Shown piece after piece: positions 39,095 to 51,423 of a DNA stretch of 64,000 nucleotides. Origin of the DNA: Octopus vulgaris (Eukaryota); the NCBI GenBank assembly GCA_951406725.2, contig OX597824.1, positions 66,898,001-66,962,000 on the forward strand. Reading direction: 5' to 3'. The position numbers and the translations under genes are program-made. The notes beneath the pieces were generated by a model. That model was not told the origin of the DNA and made no database searches. It saw only the letters and a list, made by a program, of their open reading frames with translations. Every line of letters begins with the position of its first letter. The first letter of the stretch is position 1.

Positions 39095-39290
39095 ATATGT
39101 TTGTGTGTCCGTGTTTGTCCCCCAACATCGCTTGACAACCGATGGTGGTGTGTTTACGTCCCCGTAACTTAGCGGTTCGGCCAAAGACACCGATAGAATA
39201 AGTACTAGGCTTACAAAGAATAAGTCCTGGGGTTGATGTGCTCGACTAAAGGTGGTGCTCCAGCATGGCCACAGTCAAAAGAGTAAAAGA
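38881..39290 (+). mobile_element. SINE family A (young, near full length)
   Basis: tgtggtaagtagc...ggttcagtccc...ccttgggcaagt...; internal (TA)(TG) tract. Confidence 0.9.
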
Positions 39291-40297
39291 ATATTTCTAT
39301 ACCTGTTCGCATCAGCCAAACAATAAACAGTCGCTTCTCTTATGCGAAGCGCATTGTGACCAGCGATGTATAACAACATCCGATAGTCTGGTTAATACTG
39401 TGGTACATACATACATACATATATATATGTGTGTGTGTGTATTCAGTATTTAATGTCAACACTCTCTCCACCGCCATCACTACCCTGCAACTAATCCCCT
39501 CCCTTGTCCTACCAATGTCGTACTTATTTCTCTGTCCTATACATCTCTACCCATTTTGGTGGAGGGAGCAAGTGAAAAATAACCATCTATTTTTCTACTG
39601 CATCTCTCACCCTCAGTCGCACCAGCACTCACACATGCTCGCACATGTTTGTGTGTATATATGTCAGTATGTGTGTTTGTATGTCAGCGTGTGTATGTAT
39701 GTCTATGTGTGTCAGTGTGTATGTGTGTCTATATGTGTCAGTGTGTATGTTTCTGTGTACTATTAGTGTAAACGTCTCGCTCACATAGAGCGAGTATGCT
39801 GTATAGCTATTTCATATCAACTTCATCGTAACCGCAAAGGACGGGTAAGCCTCGTGTACCTTTAAGTCTCCCGACCCCCATATGGGGTTTTCTGCCTCGT
39901 TGTTAACAATAACTGTTTATTAATTACTGATTGTACAAAAACACTGAAATGATCGTTCATTAACCAACTTATTATAATTGATAAAAAAAAAAAAGAACAA
40001 TTTATCGAAGCCACTTCAAACTTATTGGTTAGATAAATAACTAGTAAGCTTCATTGATAATTCACTAATTACTCGTATCAGCTATGGCTAAGACCAATAT
40101 TATTTATACTCGTCACTCATTCTAAGATTGTTTATAATTTGTTGTAACCGTCGGAAAAAAACAAACAAACGAAAACAATAATAATAATAATCGCAACGGA
40201 GCGTAGTCATCCACTTAAGAAACTGGATCAAAAGTTGTTATTCTCAAGACTAAACTGTCCGTGGAGTATTTACACTTGATTGTCTTAAATATTTGTC

Positions 40298-40341
40298 ATG
40301 TTGGTGAAAACAGACGAGCCTTTATTAAGGAATTCCGGTGG
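40298..40341 (+). CDS. Possible first coding exon (MLVKTDEPLLRNSG)
   Basis: gtcATG in CpG-rich unique DNA followed by overlapping donor-like GTGGGT (40338) and GTAAAT (40342); no convincing partner exon found. Confidence 0.25.
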
Positions 40342-40565
40342 GTAAATTTAAATATATATATATATGTATATGAAATTTATCTTACAAATTAGGGAGTATA
40401 TGAAACGGGGAAATGTGTCAAAGAAAAACACTACCTTATATCGAAGGACAAGGTTTATTTTTGTTCACTTTGTTTGCTTTCATAAACATAAACACACATA
40501 TACCATAATTTAATGTCTGCTAGTATGTATATATATGTGTTTGTTTGTATGTGTGTGTCTGTATG

Positions 40566-40596
<31 letters not shown>

Positions 40597-40864
40597 GTCT
40601 AGTATGTGCTAAAAGGGGAACAGGTTATATTTTTGTGAATAAGCGCAACTTTTTTTTTTTTTACTTTGACCTGATTTCATCGAAACACTTATAAAGATGT
40701 TTGGGGTTCTTTCTTCTTTTTTTACATTTCCCCTATTCTTTGCGAAAACGTCCGTTCTTTTGTATTTATTTGTAAACACTGAAATGTATTGTTACCACTT
40801 TATATATTATCTTTTAAGAATTCCTCCTACCCCACACCTCTACACACACACATATATATTTCTT

Positions 40865-41355
40865 TCACTTGTTTCAGTCTTTGGACTGCGGCTATGCTGG
40901 GGCACTGCCTTGAAGCGTTTAGTCGAGCAAATACTCCTGTATTCATATTTAAGCCTGGTACTTATTCAGTCTGGCTATTTTGTCGAACCTCTAAGTTTTA
41001 GGGACGTAAACAAACCAGGACCGATTGTCAAGCAGTGGTCACACAGACATGTGTACATATATCTGTGTGTATGCATGTATAAATATTTGTGTGTATGTAT
41101 ATATATATGTGCATATATGTGTGTATATATGTATATGTGTGTATATATGTATATGTGTGTATATATGTATATATATATATATATATGTGTATGTATATAT
41201 ATATATATATATATATATAGATATGACTTGCTTCTTTCAGTTTTCGTCACCCAAAGAAGGTTTTGGTTGACTCGGCGGTATAGTAGAAGACTCGTGCCCA
41301 AGTTGCCGTGCAATGGGTTTGAACCCGAAACCACATGGTTGGGAAGCAAGCTTCA
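40865..41355 (-). mobile_element. SINE family A
   Basis: Consensus with an expanded internal microsatellite. Confidence 0.8.
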
Positions 41356-42077
41356 CACGTCGCTGCTATGTGTATGCATGTCGTTATTTGGTTCTTTTAA
41401 CTTTTGTAGGTAGTTGACTAACCCCTCAAGTGTTCATTCTTTTAACGTGGGCTAGGTTTGAACCAATTCACGCATTTAGTTCGGGTGTCTGCTGTCTCAG
41501 GTACCCTGATAGTGTTTGTCGTTGTTAGGAACCAAAAAGAGGGGCTTTTATGTTGTTGACCGATCTGCTAAAAATGGCAACAAAATCTCTCTCAAACCAT
41601 ACCATGTCTTAAAAATGTAGTCCACTGGATAATGTGGTCCTATGAGAACTCAGTTTAGCTACTAGATCGCTCCGAAACTCCGAGAATCAAAAAACGGGCC
41701 CATAACTACCTGCTGGATCCATTCCTTTTATTCCTGTCCCCAGAGTGTTACACTTTACCAAATTTCTTACGAAGCTCTCACCCCATGCGCGCGGTTCTTG
41801 CATTTGTTTTGCTAGATTCTTGATGCGAAATCTTGTATTAAAATAGGTAGTGTATCTTGGTAGGGTCATTTTGTCAATGCATGTGTTCTGTTGACAAGAT
41901 GTCTAGATAAAACAGATTCAGATATAATTGGTGTGTGTGTGTGTAGATATATACGTATGCATACGAGTGAGTGGACAAACAAAAGGTTTGGTTGTATGCC
42001 TGACGAAATTCGCTTTATTTCGTGAGCCTACGAAACTTACGGCTGAATAGAGCTAAGACAAGCTGATCATATCTCTT

Positions 42078-42440
42078 TTTTACTCTTTTACTTGTTTCAG
42101 TCATTTGACTGTGGCCATGCTGGAGCACCGCCTTTAGTCGAGCAAATTGACCCCAGCACTTATTGTTTGTAGACCTAGTACTTATTCTATCAGCCTCTTT
42201 TGCCGAACTGCTAAGTTACAGGGACATAAACACGCCAGCATCGGTGGTCAAGGGATGTTGAGGGTACAAACACAGACACACAAGCGTATACACACACACA
42301 CATTATATATATATATATACGAAGGGCTTCTTTCAGTTTTCGTCTACCAAATCCACTCACAAGGGTTTGGTTGGCCCGAGGCTATAGTAGAAGACACTTG
42401 CCCAAGGTGCCATGCAGTGGGACTGAACCTGGAACTATGT
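42078..42440 (-). mobile_element. SINE family A
   Basis: Near-consensus copy. Confidence 0.88.
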
Positions 42441-43699
42441 GCTGGAGCATTTTTTTTTTATCACAGGTCTGTTGACTTAATTTTGTTCTTGGGTTTAGAC
42501 AGTACACCATGTTATTTAACAGCTTTACCCCCACATCAATAATCAAAACAGTGAATTTCATCAGTTTAAGTACTGAGCATGGAGACGAGAAATTTCAAAT
42601 TTCTTTTCTCTCCATGGCAGCATTATGTAAACTTATTGATCTTGTCTGTATAATATTTGTTGATATAAACCACTACAAGTTCCTTTAGAGTTATTTTAAA
42701 AAAATAAACATTGCATAGGTAAGTCAACAAGATTGAAATAGCAGCCTAAATCTCACCCGGACACACTGTACTGCCCCATTGAAGGAAAATATATTTTAGA
42801 TGTTGTTGACTTTATATATCTTTGTAAAAAAGTGAGATGGTTAATGCTGGAACATTGTGGACCCAAAGGTTTACCTAGCCAGGAGCTCAACAGCAACACA
42901 CACACAACAACAAAATCCATCCACAGGAGAACCTCTACCAGGGTCATTCAATGGGATGAAAATATCAGTCAGATTTTTCTGAAACCACACTCTGCTGTCT
43001 TGAAAATGGAAGGATGCATTGGATATACTGATTTAAGAGATGTGATGGTAACAGCTGGGACATTTTTGAACATATGTCTAGCTGTTGGTCTGGGACTGGT
43101 GTGAAGGTAAACAACAGTCACAATAACCATGAAAACAGCAAAACAAAATGAAACACTGAAAAACAAAATAACAGGAACTTGTGATGCTGCATGGCCCAAA
43201 CGCTGATAGTTGAACCGATATACGAATGTATGTATGTGTGTGTGTGCATGCGTAAATGATGCAATAAGCTTTTAATAGTCTTGAGAAAACCTAATTCTAC
43301 CAGTGGTGTTTGTCCCACTTTTAACGAGTCTTCTAAACTTTACAGTTAGCTTGGTGTTAGAATGAAAACAGTTCTCCCTAGCTGGGAATACAAACAGTAG
43401 ATGTAACCATGAGACAGACTGTATTAGTTTTGGTATGTATGTCTAATTGAAAATGATGACTCCTCTAAGCATCTTCATTCAGAACAATTTCAATACGTTT
43501 GTTGCATTTTGTAGGTCTGAGGACCCAATTATCCCTGTGATTATCATTAAGTGTTACAGAACAAAATTTTCAATTAGTATATATATTTTTATAGAAAAAG
43601 CTCAGCTGCCTTGTCTCTTAAATTCTCACATTGTTTATCACCACCCAAATCTAGCTTTTGGGACTTTTGACATTTCAAAAAGTTTGTCTGTAGGTCACA

Positions 43700-43895
43700 T
43701 GATATCTCTGTTGTGATGTGTGTACTGGTAGGCAAGGGATGATGGTGTACTTTGTTGGATGAAATAGAACTAGGAAAAAGTAGTTATAATAGTTGTCGAT
43801 GGACTTGTCTTCCCTCTCCTTAAACAATGGAACAGTCCTCTTTCCCCATCCAGAAGCCAATGAGCAAATATAATTATTTGGCAGGGAACCCAAAC
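43700..43895 (-). mobile_element. Highly decayed LINE RT remnant
   Basis: WGKRTVPLFKEREDKSIDNY resembles the W...VPLFKKGD...NYRPI motif upstream of non-LTR RT. Confidence 0.4.
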
Positions 43896-44581
43896 CAGTG
43901 TCTTAGCAATCATTATTGTCGTTATGGTTGTCTAGGCCAAAATCAACCCTAATTAAGCAGTCAAATATGTATCCTTACCATGATCATCTGATTCTTTTCC
44001 ATTTTTTATCTTGCGCTATATCATCCCTTTGAAGGTGCATGGCCTAGTGGTTAAGGTATTTGACTTGCCATCATGGGTTCAATTCCTTGACTGGGCAGCT
44101 CATTCTGTTCTTGAACAAGGCACTTCATTTAATGTTATTCTTATCTATTTAGTTGCAAATGAGTACCAGCTGAATGCTGGTATAGCCCCTCCCCTCTCTC
44201 ACTCTCTTATTCCAGCCTGGCTGTATTGGTGGGTCATGGTGAACATGGAGGGCCAAGAGGGTATCTGTGTCTGTCTGTAACTACATAGGACCCTAAAACA
44301 ATTAGTAAAAGCATGTTAAAATGCTATCAGGTCATACTCTTGATTGACATCTGGTTGTTCTGTACTTGTTTGTTAGCTAATGTGTGCCTGCATTTTTCTT
44401 TTTTAAATTAGTAGGATATGATTTGAGGGAAATTTGGCTGCTATTTTTAGCAAATGAACGAACTATGAAGAACACTCTTTTAGTATTAGGGTGAATTGTA
44501 AGAGCATGAGAATCTCTGTACTGAGAAAAATAACGAATCATTGATTTTACTAACTCATAGGCCTGTAACCTACTATTTTGG

Positions 44582-44655
44582 TTTTAAGGATTAAAATAGT
44601 TTCCTTTAATTTTAAGGATTAAAATAGTTTCTTTTAATTTTAAGGATTAAAATTG
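44582..44655. repeat. 28-bp tandem repeat, about 2.6 copies
   Basis: ttttaaggattaaaatagtttc(c/t)tttaa. Confidence 0.9.
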
Positions 44656-45400
44656 TTTTAGCCATTTTGATACCAACCCCTTGAAACTGCTCTTGATTGT
44701 ATGATACAAACTTCCTATTTTAAAATGGTCTAAATCAAAAATTCCATTAATATATCTTGTTCCATTAAGGTGGTGAGCTGGCAGAATTGTTAGCATGCTG
44801 GGCAAAATTCTTAGTGGCATTTCATCTGTCTTTATGTTCTGAGTTCAAATACTGCCAAGGCCAACTTTGCCTTCCAATCTTTTGTGATTTATAAAGTAAG
44901 TACTGTTTGAGTATTGGGGTTGTTGAAATTGATATACCCACTTCCCTGAAACTGCTGGCCTTTTGCCAAAATTTGAAACCAATATTTCTTGTTCATTAAA
45001 ATTTCTTAGTGTTTCTTCCAGACACCAGCTCAATAATCACTAAGTTATTTTTACTAAATTCTTCGTTGTTTTCAAAATCAATTTAAACAAAGGCAGTGTC
45101 AATTTCTGGACTGGGCTCTGTGTTGTGTTCTTGAGCAAGACACTTTTCATTCAGCTGTAGAAAGTTGTGGCATCACTGGTGCCAAGCTGTATCAGCCTTT
45201 GCCTTTCCCTTGGATAACATCTGTGGCACCGAGAGGGAGGCTGGTTTGCTTGGGCGACTGCTGGTCTTCCATAAACAACCTTCCCCAGACTTTTACCTTG
45301 GAGGGTAACCTTCTAGGTGCAGTCCTATGGTCATTCATGAACGAAGGAGTCTTTACTCATGGTTATGAAAAGCTTAAAATTTTACATGGATTTTTAGTGA
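44655..45400. mobile_element. TTAA-type MITE fragments interrupted by SINE B (44770-44985) and SINE C2 (45105-45355)
   Basis: Segments match the reverse complement of 6907-7127 (aagttatttttactaaattctt); SINE consensus inside. Confidence 0.6.
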
Positions 45401-46344
45401 CTTCATCAGTGGGCACTTTCAAATTTGACTGCAGGTGATCTTTCACCCCAAAAGCAAAGAGTTTCCCTTTCTAAATACAGTGGCTTCTTTGTTGGTATGT
45501 TTACTATTAATTTGTTAATAATTGCAAATGCTTCTCAGTTCAGTCATGGGGTATTTTTCTAATTTTACATGAATAAAATATTTTTTATTTCATAATGAAA
45601 TACAATCCTGGATTTAAATATAAGCTAAATAAGCTAAATAAGCCAGTTTAGAGTCTTACAATCCATAGAGGGCTTCAAAATACTTAAAAGGCTTTATTTG
45701 TTTGCAGTTTTCTTTTAGATCTTCTGTTGTATTATTTTGTAACAAAGTACCTCCAAGCTTTCTATGACTTTCAGGATCTCAGTATGTTTAAATCTGGCAT
45801 CATAGTGAGACAGCATAACTTTTGAGTTTAGCAAAAAAAAAAAAAACCCAAAAAAAGACATTAAACCACACTCAGTGGTGAGGCTCCAATTTGAGCCTTC
45901 AGGAATTTCGTGGTGTATAGAGTTGCACCTTAAGCACCACTACTCCAAGCTTGCTCCAGTCCTAAGTGGTAGTATCTGTTAAGGAACCCGACTATGGGTA
46001 AAATAGAAGGTTTTATGACTTAGTTATACAGGATGTGAAAAAGGGTTGGCCCTCTAGCATGTCACAGTGACCCACTGATATATGAACATGCCCTCATGTT
46101 ACGTGAAACAGTTGCCTGTCTGAGAGTTAAATAGATCCTGTGCTTTAAGGGTAAGCTTGGGAGAGCAGGAAACTAAGAGAATAAATTGTTAATAAATCAG
46201 AAGCAAGCAACAGAAAACTTGTATCTTTCTCCAGAAAACTTATGAATATTCAGACTTTGGCATGAAAGGTTGTAATTGTCAATACCTGTGAAACAGATGT
46301 GGCACATGAATATTTGTGTATGTTCATACATACATATTCATTTA

Positions 46345-46932
46345 TTTGTTCCAGTCATTCGACTGCAGCCATGCTGGAGCACCACCTTTAGTTGAACAAA
46401 TCGACCCCAGAACTTAATCTTTGTAAGTCTAGTGGTCTACTTTGTTGAACCGCTAAGTTACAGGGATGTAAACACACCAACATCAATTGTTAAGCGATGG
46501 GGGCGGGAGACACATACAGACATATACATACGACAGTTTTCTTTCAGTTTCCATCTACCAAATCCACTCACAAGACTTTGGTCACCCTGAGGCTATAGTA
46601 GAAGACACTTGCCCAAAGAGTCAAAATAGAACTGAACCCAGAACCATGTGGTTGGGAAGCAAGCTTCTTATTTCTTTGTTGCACACAAGGGGCTAAACAT
46701 AGAGGAGACAAACAAGGACAGACAAAGGGATTAAGTTGATTACATTGACCCTAGTGCGTAACTGGTACTTATTTAATTGACCCCGAAAGGATGAAAGGCT
46801 AAGTCGACCTCAGTAGAATTTGAACTCAGAACATAGCGGCTGACGAAATACTGCTAAGCATTTCACCCGGCATGCTAACGTTTCTACCAGCTCGCTGCCA
46901 GCAAGTGTCTTACCACACAGTCACGCCTGCAC
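46345..46932 (-). mobile_element. SINE family A with nested family B (46668-46900)
   Basis: A resumes after B; gcaagcttctta / gcaagtgtctta flanks. Confidence 0.85.
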
Positions 46933-47334
46933 CTATCTATTACTTGTTTCAGTTACTAGAGTATGGCCATGCTAGACTACTGCTTTCAAGAAAGTTCAGT
47001 GAATAAATCAAGCCCAGTATTTTAGGCAAAAAAGCTTAAATTTCATGCATAGATGATAATTTCTTTATTTTCAACAACTGTTTCATTAAGAATAAGTTTA
47101 TTCCTTATGAAACAGCTGAATTGTGTAGTCCTAGATATATTATGTCAGGAAAAAAAAATGGTGAGGATGGTTGGTCATAGGTTGAAAGCCTTTGATCATA
47201 GTTTTGTTCAGTCATGCTTGAAATGGAGCCAAATAATAACAACAACAACAAAACTGCCACAACAGCTCTACTACTGCAGCTGTTATACAATATGATTGTC
47301 TAAGTATTTAGTCACACTTGTTGTCTTCTATTTT

Positions 47335-47665
47335 TTACTTATTTCAGTCATTGGAATGTGACCATGCTCTGAAGGGTTTAGTCAAACAAATTGGCTCCAG
47401 GACTTATTTTAAACCTAGTACTTATTCTATTGGTTTCTTTTGCTGAATTGCTAAGTTGCAGGCTATAAACACACCAACACCAGTTGTCAGGCAATGATGA
47501 CACACACACGGTGGGCTTCTTTCAGTTTCTATCTTTGAAATTCACTTGCAAGGCTTTAGTTGGCCCAGGGTTATAGTAGAAGACACTTGCTCAAAGTGCT
47601 GTGCAGTGAGATTGAACCAAAGACTACATGATCGGGAAGCAAACTTCTCATCCATGCCTGCACCC
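47335..47665 (-). mobile_element. SINE family A (CpG-decayed)
   Basis: Consensus match. Confidence 0.78.
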
Positions 47666-48107
47666 ATAGTAACCAATTTATTTTAGTACAACTCTCTGTC
47701 TTGTCATTAAGCAATTATCACATGCCAAAATATTTTGTATAAATATCAATGTCGTTTGGTAGTCATTTGCTGCCTTTTTTAAGAAACAATCTCAGTACTA
47801 TACATAGTAATTTTGGAAATTTCTGTGCTATTTGATATTGCATCTCAGCTTTCTTATAATTATTCAATCCAACTTAATACAGTAATGCTAATACAATTTA
47901 ATGTCATCGTAATAATCGTCTGTGTATCTTGCTAACTCAATATATGCCATATAAAAGCATGTTGCTGTAGTTTTTGTCTGAGAGAAAATCTCTTCATAGA
48001 CATGATGTATTAAATACACAATATATTGAGTTTTTTAAGGTATTCTGTGGTATCTGGGGATGTATTATTCACTGTTTCTTATGTATCAAGGCATGTGACA
48101 AATGTTT

Positions 48108-48420
48108 TTATTTATGCTCCCTTTTCAAGCCTAGCCAGTCTCATGGACCCGGTTTCCCGGTGTCTGTGGCGTATGTGTTCCCCCCAGCTGGACGGGACAC
48201 CAGTCCATCGCAGCGTCACTCAAGAAACAGGAAGAGAGAGTGAGAGAGAGTTGGGGGCGAAAGAGTACAACAGGGGTCGCCACCACCCCCTGCTGGAGCC
48301 TCATGGAGCTTTAGGTGTTTTCAATCAATAAACACATACAACGCCTGGTCTGGGAATCAAAACCGTGATGCTCTGACTGTGAGTCCACTGCCTTAACCAC
48401 TGGGCCATTGCGTTTCCACA
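48108..48420 (-). mobile_element. SINE family D
   Basis: Reverse complement of 49329-49605; acaaatg repeated at both flanks. Confidence 0.85.
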
Positions 48421-48614
48421 CAAATGGGTATATATTATTGAATAAGCCCCAAGAGGGATGAAACATGCCTAATGTTCCCATGAGTCACTGTTGTGAAAAT
48501 GTTCATTTTGATTTGATATATGTTATGTTTTTAACATAACACATATCAAGATAGTCCATCAAATAAAACCCTTGGCAACCTTTCCATGGTGTATGATGTC
48601 ATCACTCATCAAAT

Positions 48615-49020
48615 TTTAATGTCCATTTTCCATGCTGACTTGGGTTGGACATCTTGACAGGAACAGGCAAGGCCAGGGGCAGCACCAAGTTCCATAGTCT
48701 GTTTTGGCTTGATTTCTACAGTTGGATGCCCTTCCTAACACCAAGCACTATACAGTGTGTACTGAATGCTTTTTACGTGGCACCATCACCAGTGCCTTTT
48801 TATGTGACACCAGCACCCACACCAATGTTTTTTTACATTACACCTTGGTTTTAGGATATCAATTTTGTTCTTGAGTACAGCAATGCACTACATATCTTGG
48901 TCCTCTGTCAGCACCTTTGTAAAGTTCAGTGTTTGAGATCAGCCTTCAGTACTTTGTCCCTTGTCTTCCTGGGTCTCCCTCTTCCACACTTTCCCTCTAC
49001 TTTAAGTGACCAGCACTTTA
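48615..49020 (-). mobile_element. RTE-like LINE 3' fragment
   Basis: ttgtcttcctgggtctccctcttcc (GRGRPRKT on the minus strand) plus the shared tail. Confidence 0.7.
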
Positions 49021-49288
49021 AATGAACGATAAGTATATTTGGTGTAATATGCAATTGGTTGTTTTATTTTAGTGCTGCTGCATTTGTGTTCACTGAATCT
49101 TTTTACAGCTCATGGGACACTCTGCAAAATCAATGATTCTAGTATTTACTGTTCCTTATGTATTCAAGTACAAATTTCATTCAGGCATATGTAACAAATG
49201 GGTACACGTTATTGATAAGCCTCAAGAAGTGTGAAATATTTCTGATATTCACATGACTCACTACTGAAATGATCTTTGTTTCACTTCA

Positions 49289-49328
<40 letters not shown>

Positions 49329-49331
<3 letters not shown>

Positions 49332-49605
49332 GAGGCGCAATGGCCCAGTGGTTAGGGCAGCGGACTCATGGCTGGAGGACCGTGGTTTCAATTGAGCGAA
49401 AACACCTAAAAGCTCCAGGAGGCTCCAGCAGGGGATGGTGGCAACCCCTGTTGTACTCTTTCGCCACAACTTTCTCTCACTCTCTCTTCCTGTTTCTTGA
49501 GGAACACTGTGATGGACTGGCGTCCCATCCAGCTGCAGGGAACACATACGCCACAGAAACTGGGAAACTGGGCCCATGAGCCTGGCTAGGCTTGAAAAGG
49601 GCAAC
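49329..49605 (+). mobile_element. SINE family D
   Basis: tggaggcgcaatggcccagtggttagggcagcggac. Confidence 0.85.
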
Positions 49606-49637
49606 ATTGTTTTTACATATATATATATATATATCTT

Positions 49638-49896
49638 ACTGGCACCTGTGCTGGTTGCATGTATAAAAGGATTCAAGCGAGGTCATTGTCAGTACCTCCT
49701 GACTGGCCCCCGTGCCGGTGGCACGTAAAAAGCACCCACTACACTCTCGGAGTGGTTGGCGTTAGGAAGGGCATCCAGCTGTAGAAACTCTGCCAGATCA
49801 AGACTTGAGCCTGGTGCGGCCATCTGGCTCACCAGCCCTCAGTCAAAATCGTCCAACCCATGGAAAGCGGACATTAAACGATGATGATGATGATGA
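49638..49896 (+). mobile_element. RTE-like LINE 3' UTR
   Basis: Homologous to 22245-22559; (gat)n tail. Confidence 0.8.
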
Positions 49897-50136
49897 TATA
49901 TAATATGTGTGTGTATGTGTTGTATTTTTAACACATTACATTTACAAAGAAATCTCTCAGATAAAATTCTCAGCAACATCAGATGGCTGTTTTATTTTTA
50001 CGTTGTTTCAGTTATGTTCCCAGAGTTTAATGTCACTGTATTTAATTTTTAACAATTTCAACAAAAATGAGTCTCGTTAAATTAATTAAAAAAAAAAGAG
50101 AGGATAAAAATGCTTTAGCTAGCTTGCCTTTGCAAT

Positions 50137-50701
50137 AAAGATTTAATGTGTAGCAATAGCTAGAAATATCATACAATCATTTTGTTTTATCAGCAACTAT
50201 CATCCAACATTATGCTATCATTATGTCATTATTTATCCATCATATACTTCTATTTGACTATCATCTCATCGGTAAAGCAGAGGCTATTTAACAACCACAG
50301 TAACAAAAACAAGAATTCTCGCTGTGCTCCAATTTACACCAATAATTTCCTTCATAGGAATATTTAGGTGAACTCTTGGTGTCACTGTTCCAAATTCTGT
50401 CAAAACAAAGATTAGATTCTAACTGAACTGTTTTGTAATGTTCAAAAGCAACACTATATTGGTACATATTAGTGACATGGTACATACTGTATTTCAGAGG
50501 ATGCTCTCAGATTTTGGAATTGTAATTTTAGGAAATAATAAAAGCATTTTATACTTACCAAAGATTGAGTGTGTAGCATTGGCTGGAAATATCATACAAG
50601 CATTTTGTTTTATCAGCAACTATCATCCAACATTATGCTATCATTATGTCTTTATTTATCCATCATTTACATCTATTTTACTATCATCTCATCAGTAAAG
50701 C
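50137..50701. repeat. About 140-bp direct repeat pair (50137-50278 and 50560-50701)
   Basis: gaaatatcatacaa...tatcagcaactatcatccaacattatgctatcattatgtc...catctcatc(g/a)gtaaagc present twice. Confidence 0.9.
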
Positions 50702-50762
50702 TTACATGCAGTCAGACATAATTAGCAGACAAACCAGTGCCATGCGCATTGTTGAGTGAAAT

Positions 50763-51035
50763 CTATTTCTTTACTACCCACAAGGAGCTAAACACAGAGA
50801 GGACAAACAAGGACAGACAAACAGATTAAGTCAATTATATCGACCCCAGTATGCAACTGGTACTTAATTTATTAAATCGACTCCAATGCGTAACTGGTAC
50901 TTAATTTATTGACTCTGAAAGGATGAAAGGCAAAGTCATCCTTGGTGGAATTTGAACTCAGAACGTAACAGCAGACGAAATACGGCTACGCATTTCGCCT
51001 GGCATGCTAACGGTTCTGCCAGCTCGCCACCTATT
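50763..51035 (-). mobile_element. SINE family B with 14-bp TSD
   Basis: TSD ttgttgagtgaaat at 50749-50762 and 51036-51049; small internal duplication. Confidence 0.9.
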
Positions 51036-51156
51036 TTGTTGAGTGAAATTATCACACAATGGTCACCTACCTGGTGGTTTGCTGCTGAGTATTATTGTAT
51101 TATACAGCACTGTGCTCTTTGTTTTAACTGCCCTGTGATTATATATGCAACATACT

Positions 51157-51423
51157 TTTCTACTCTAGGCACAAGGTTGACATTTTTAGGGAGGGGGCTA
51201 GTCGATTAAATTGACCCCAGTACACGACTGGTACTTAATTTATCGACCCTAAAAGGATGAAAGGCAAAGTCGACCTCAGCGGAATTTGAACTCAGAATGT
51301 AACAGCAGACGAAATACCGCTAAGCATTTCGCCCGGTGTGCTAACGTTTCTGCCAGCCTGGAAGAAATGTCTCTGAGCATTTCATCTGGTGTGGTAACAA
51401 TTCTGCCAGCTCGCTGCTTTTCA
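51157..51423 (-). mobile_element. SINE family B variant with 16-bp TSD
   Basis: TSD atatatgcaacatact at 51141-51156 and 51424-51439. Confidence 0.88.

Larger units (their letters stand above)
37100..42400. promoter_or_regulatory. CpG-retaining (putatively unmethylated) promoter-like domain
   Basis: Visibly more CG dinucleotides in both unique DNA and SINE copies than in the flanks, where most copies of the same SINEs show TG/CA; not quantified. Confidence 0.5.

Noticed and set aside
39826-39846. cgtaaccgcaaagga resembling a 16S rRNA loop
   Set aside because: Match too short, with no flanking rRNA homology.
40697-41413. Longest listed ORF (238 aa)
   Set aside because: Reads through a SINE A and a (TA/TG) microsatellite.
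41996-42045. CTGACGA...GAAAC hammerhead-like spacing
   Set aside because: Stems I and III do not pair convincingly and there is no NUH site; similarly weak at 34715-34755.
45719-45825. Possible exon after a ttttcttttag acceptor
   Set aside because: Ambiguous donor, unrecognisable peptide, and such acceptors are common by chance in AT-rich DNA; likewise at 42467 and 43515.
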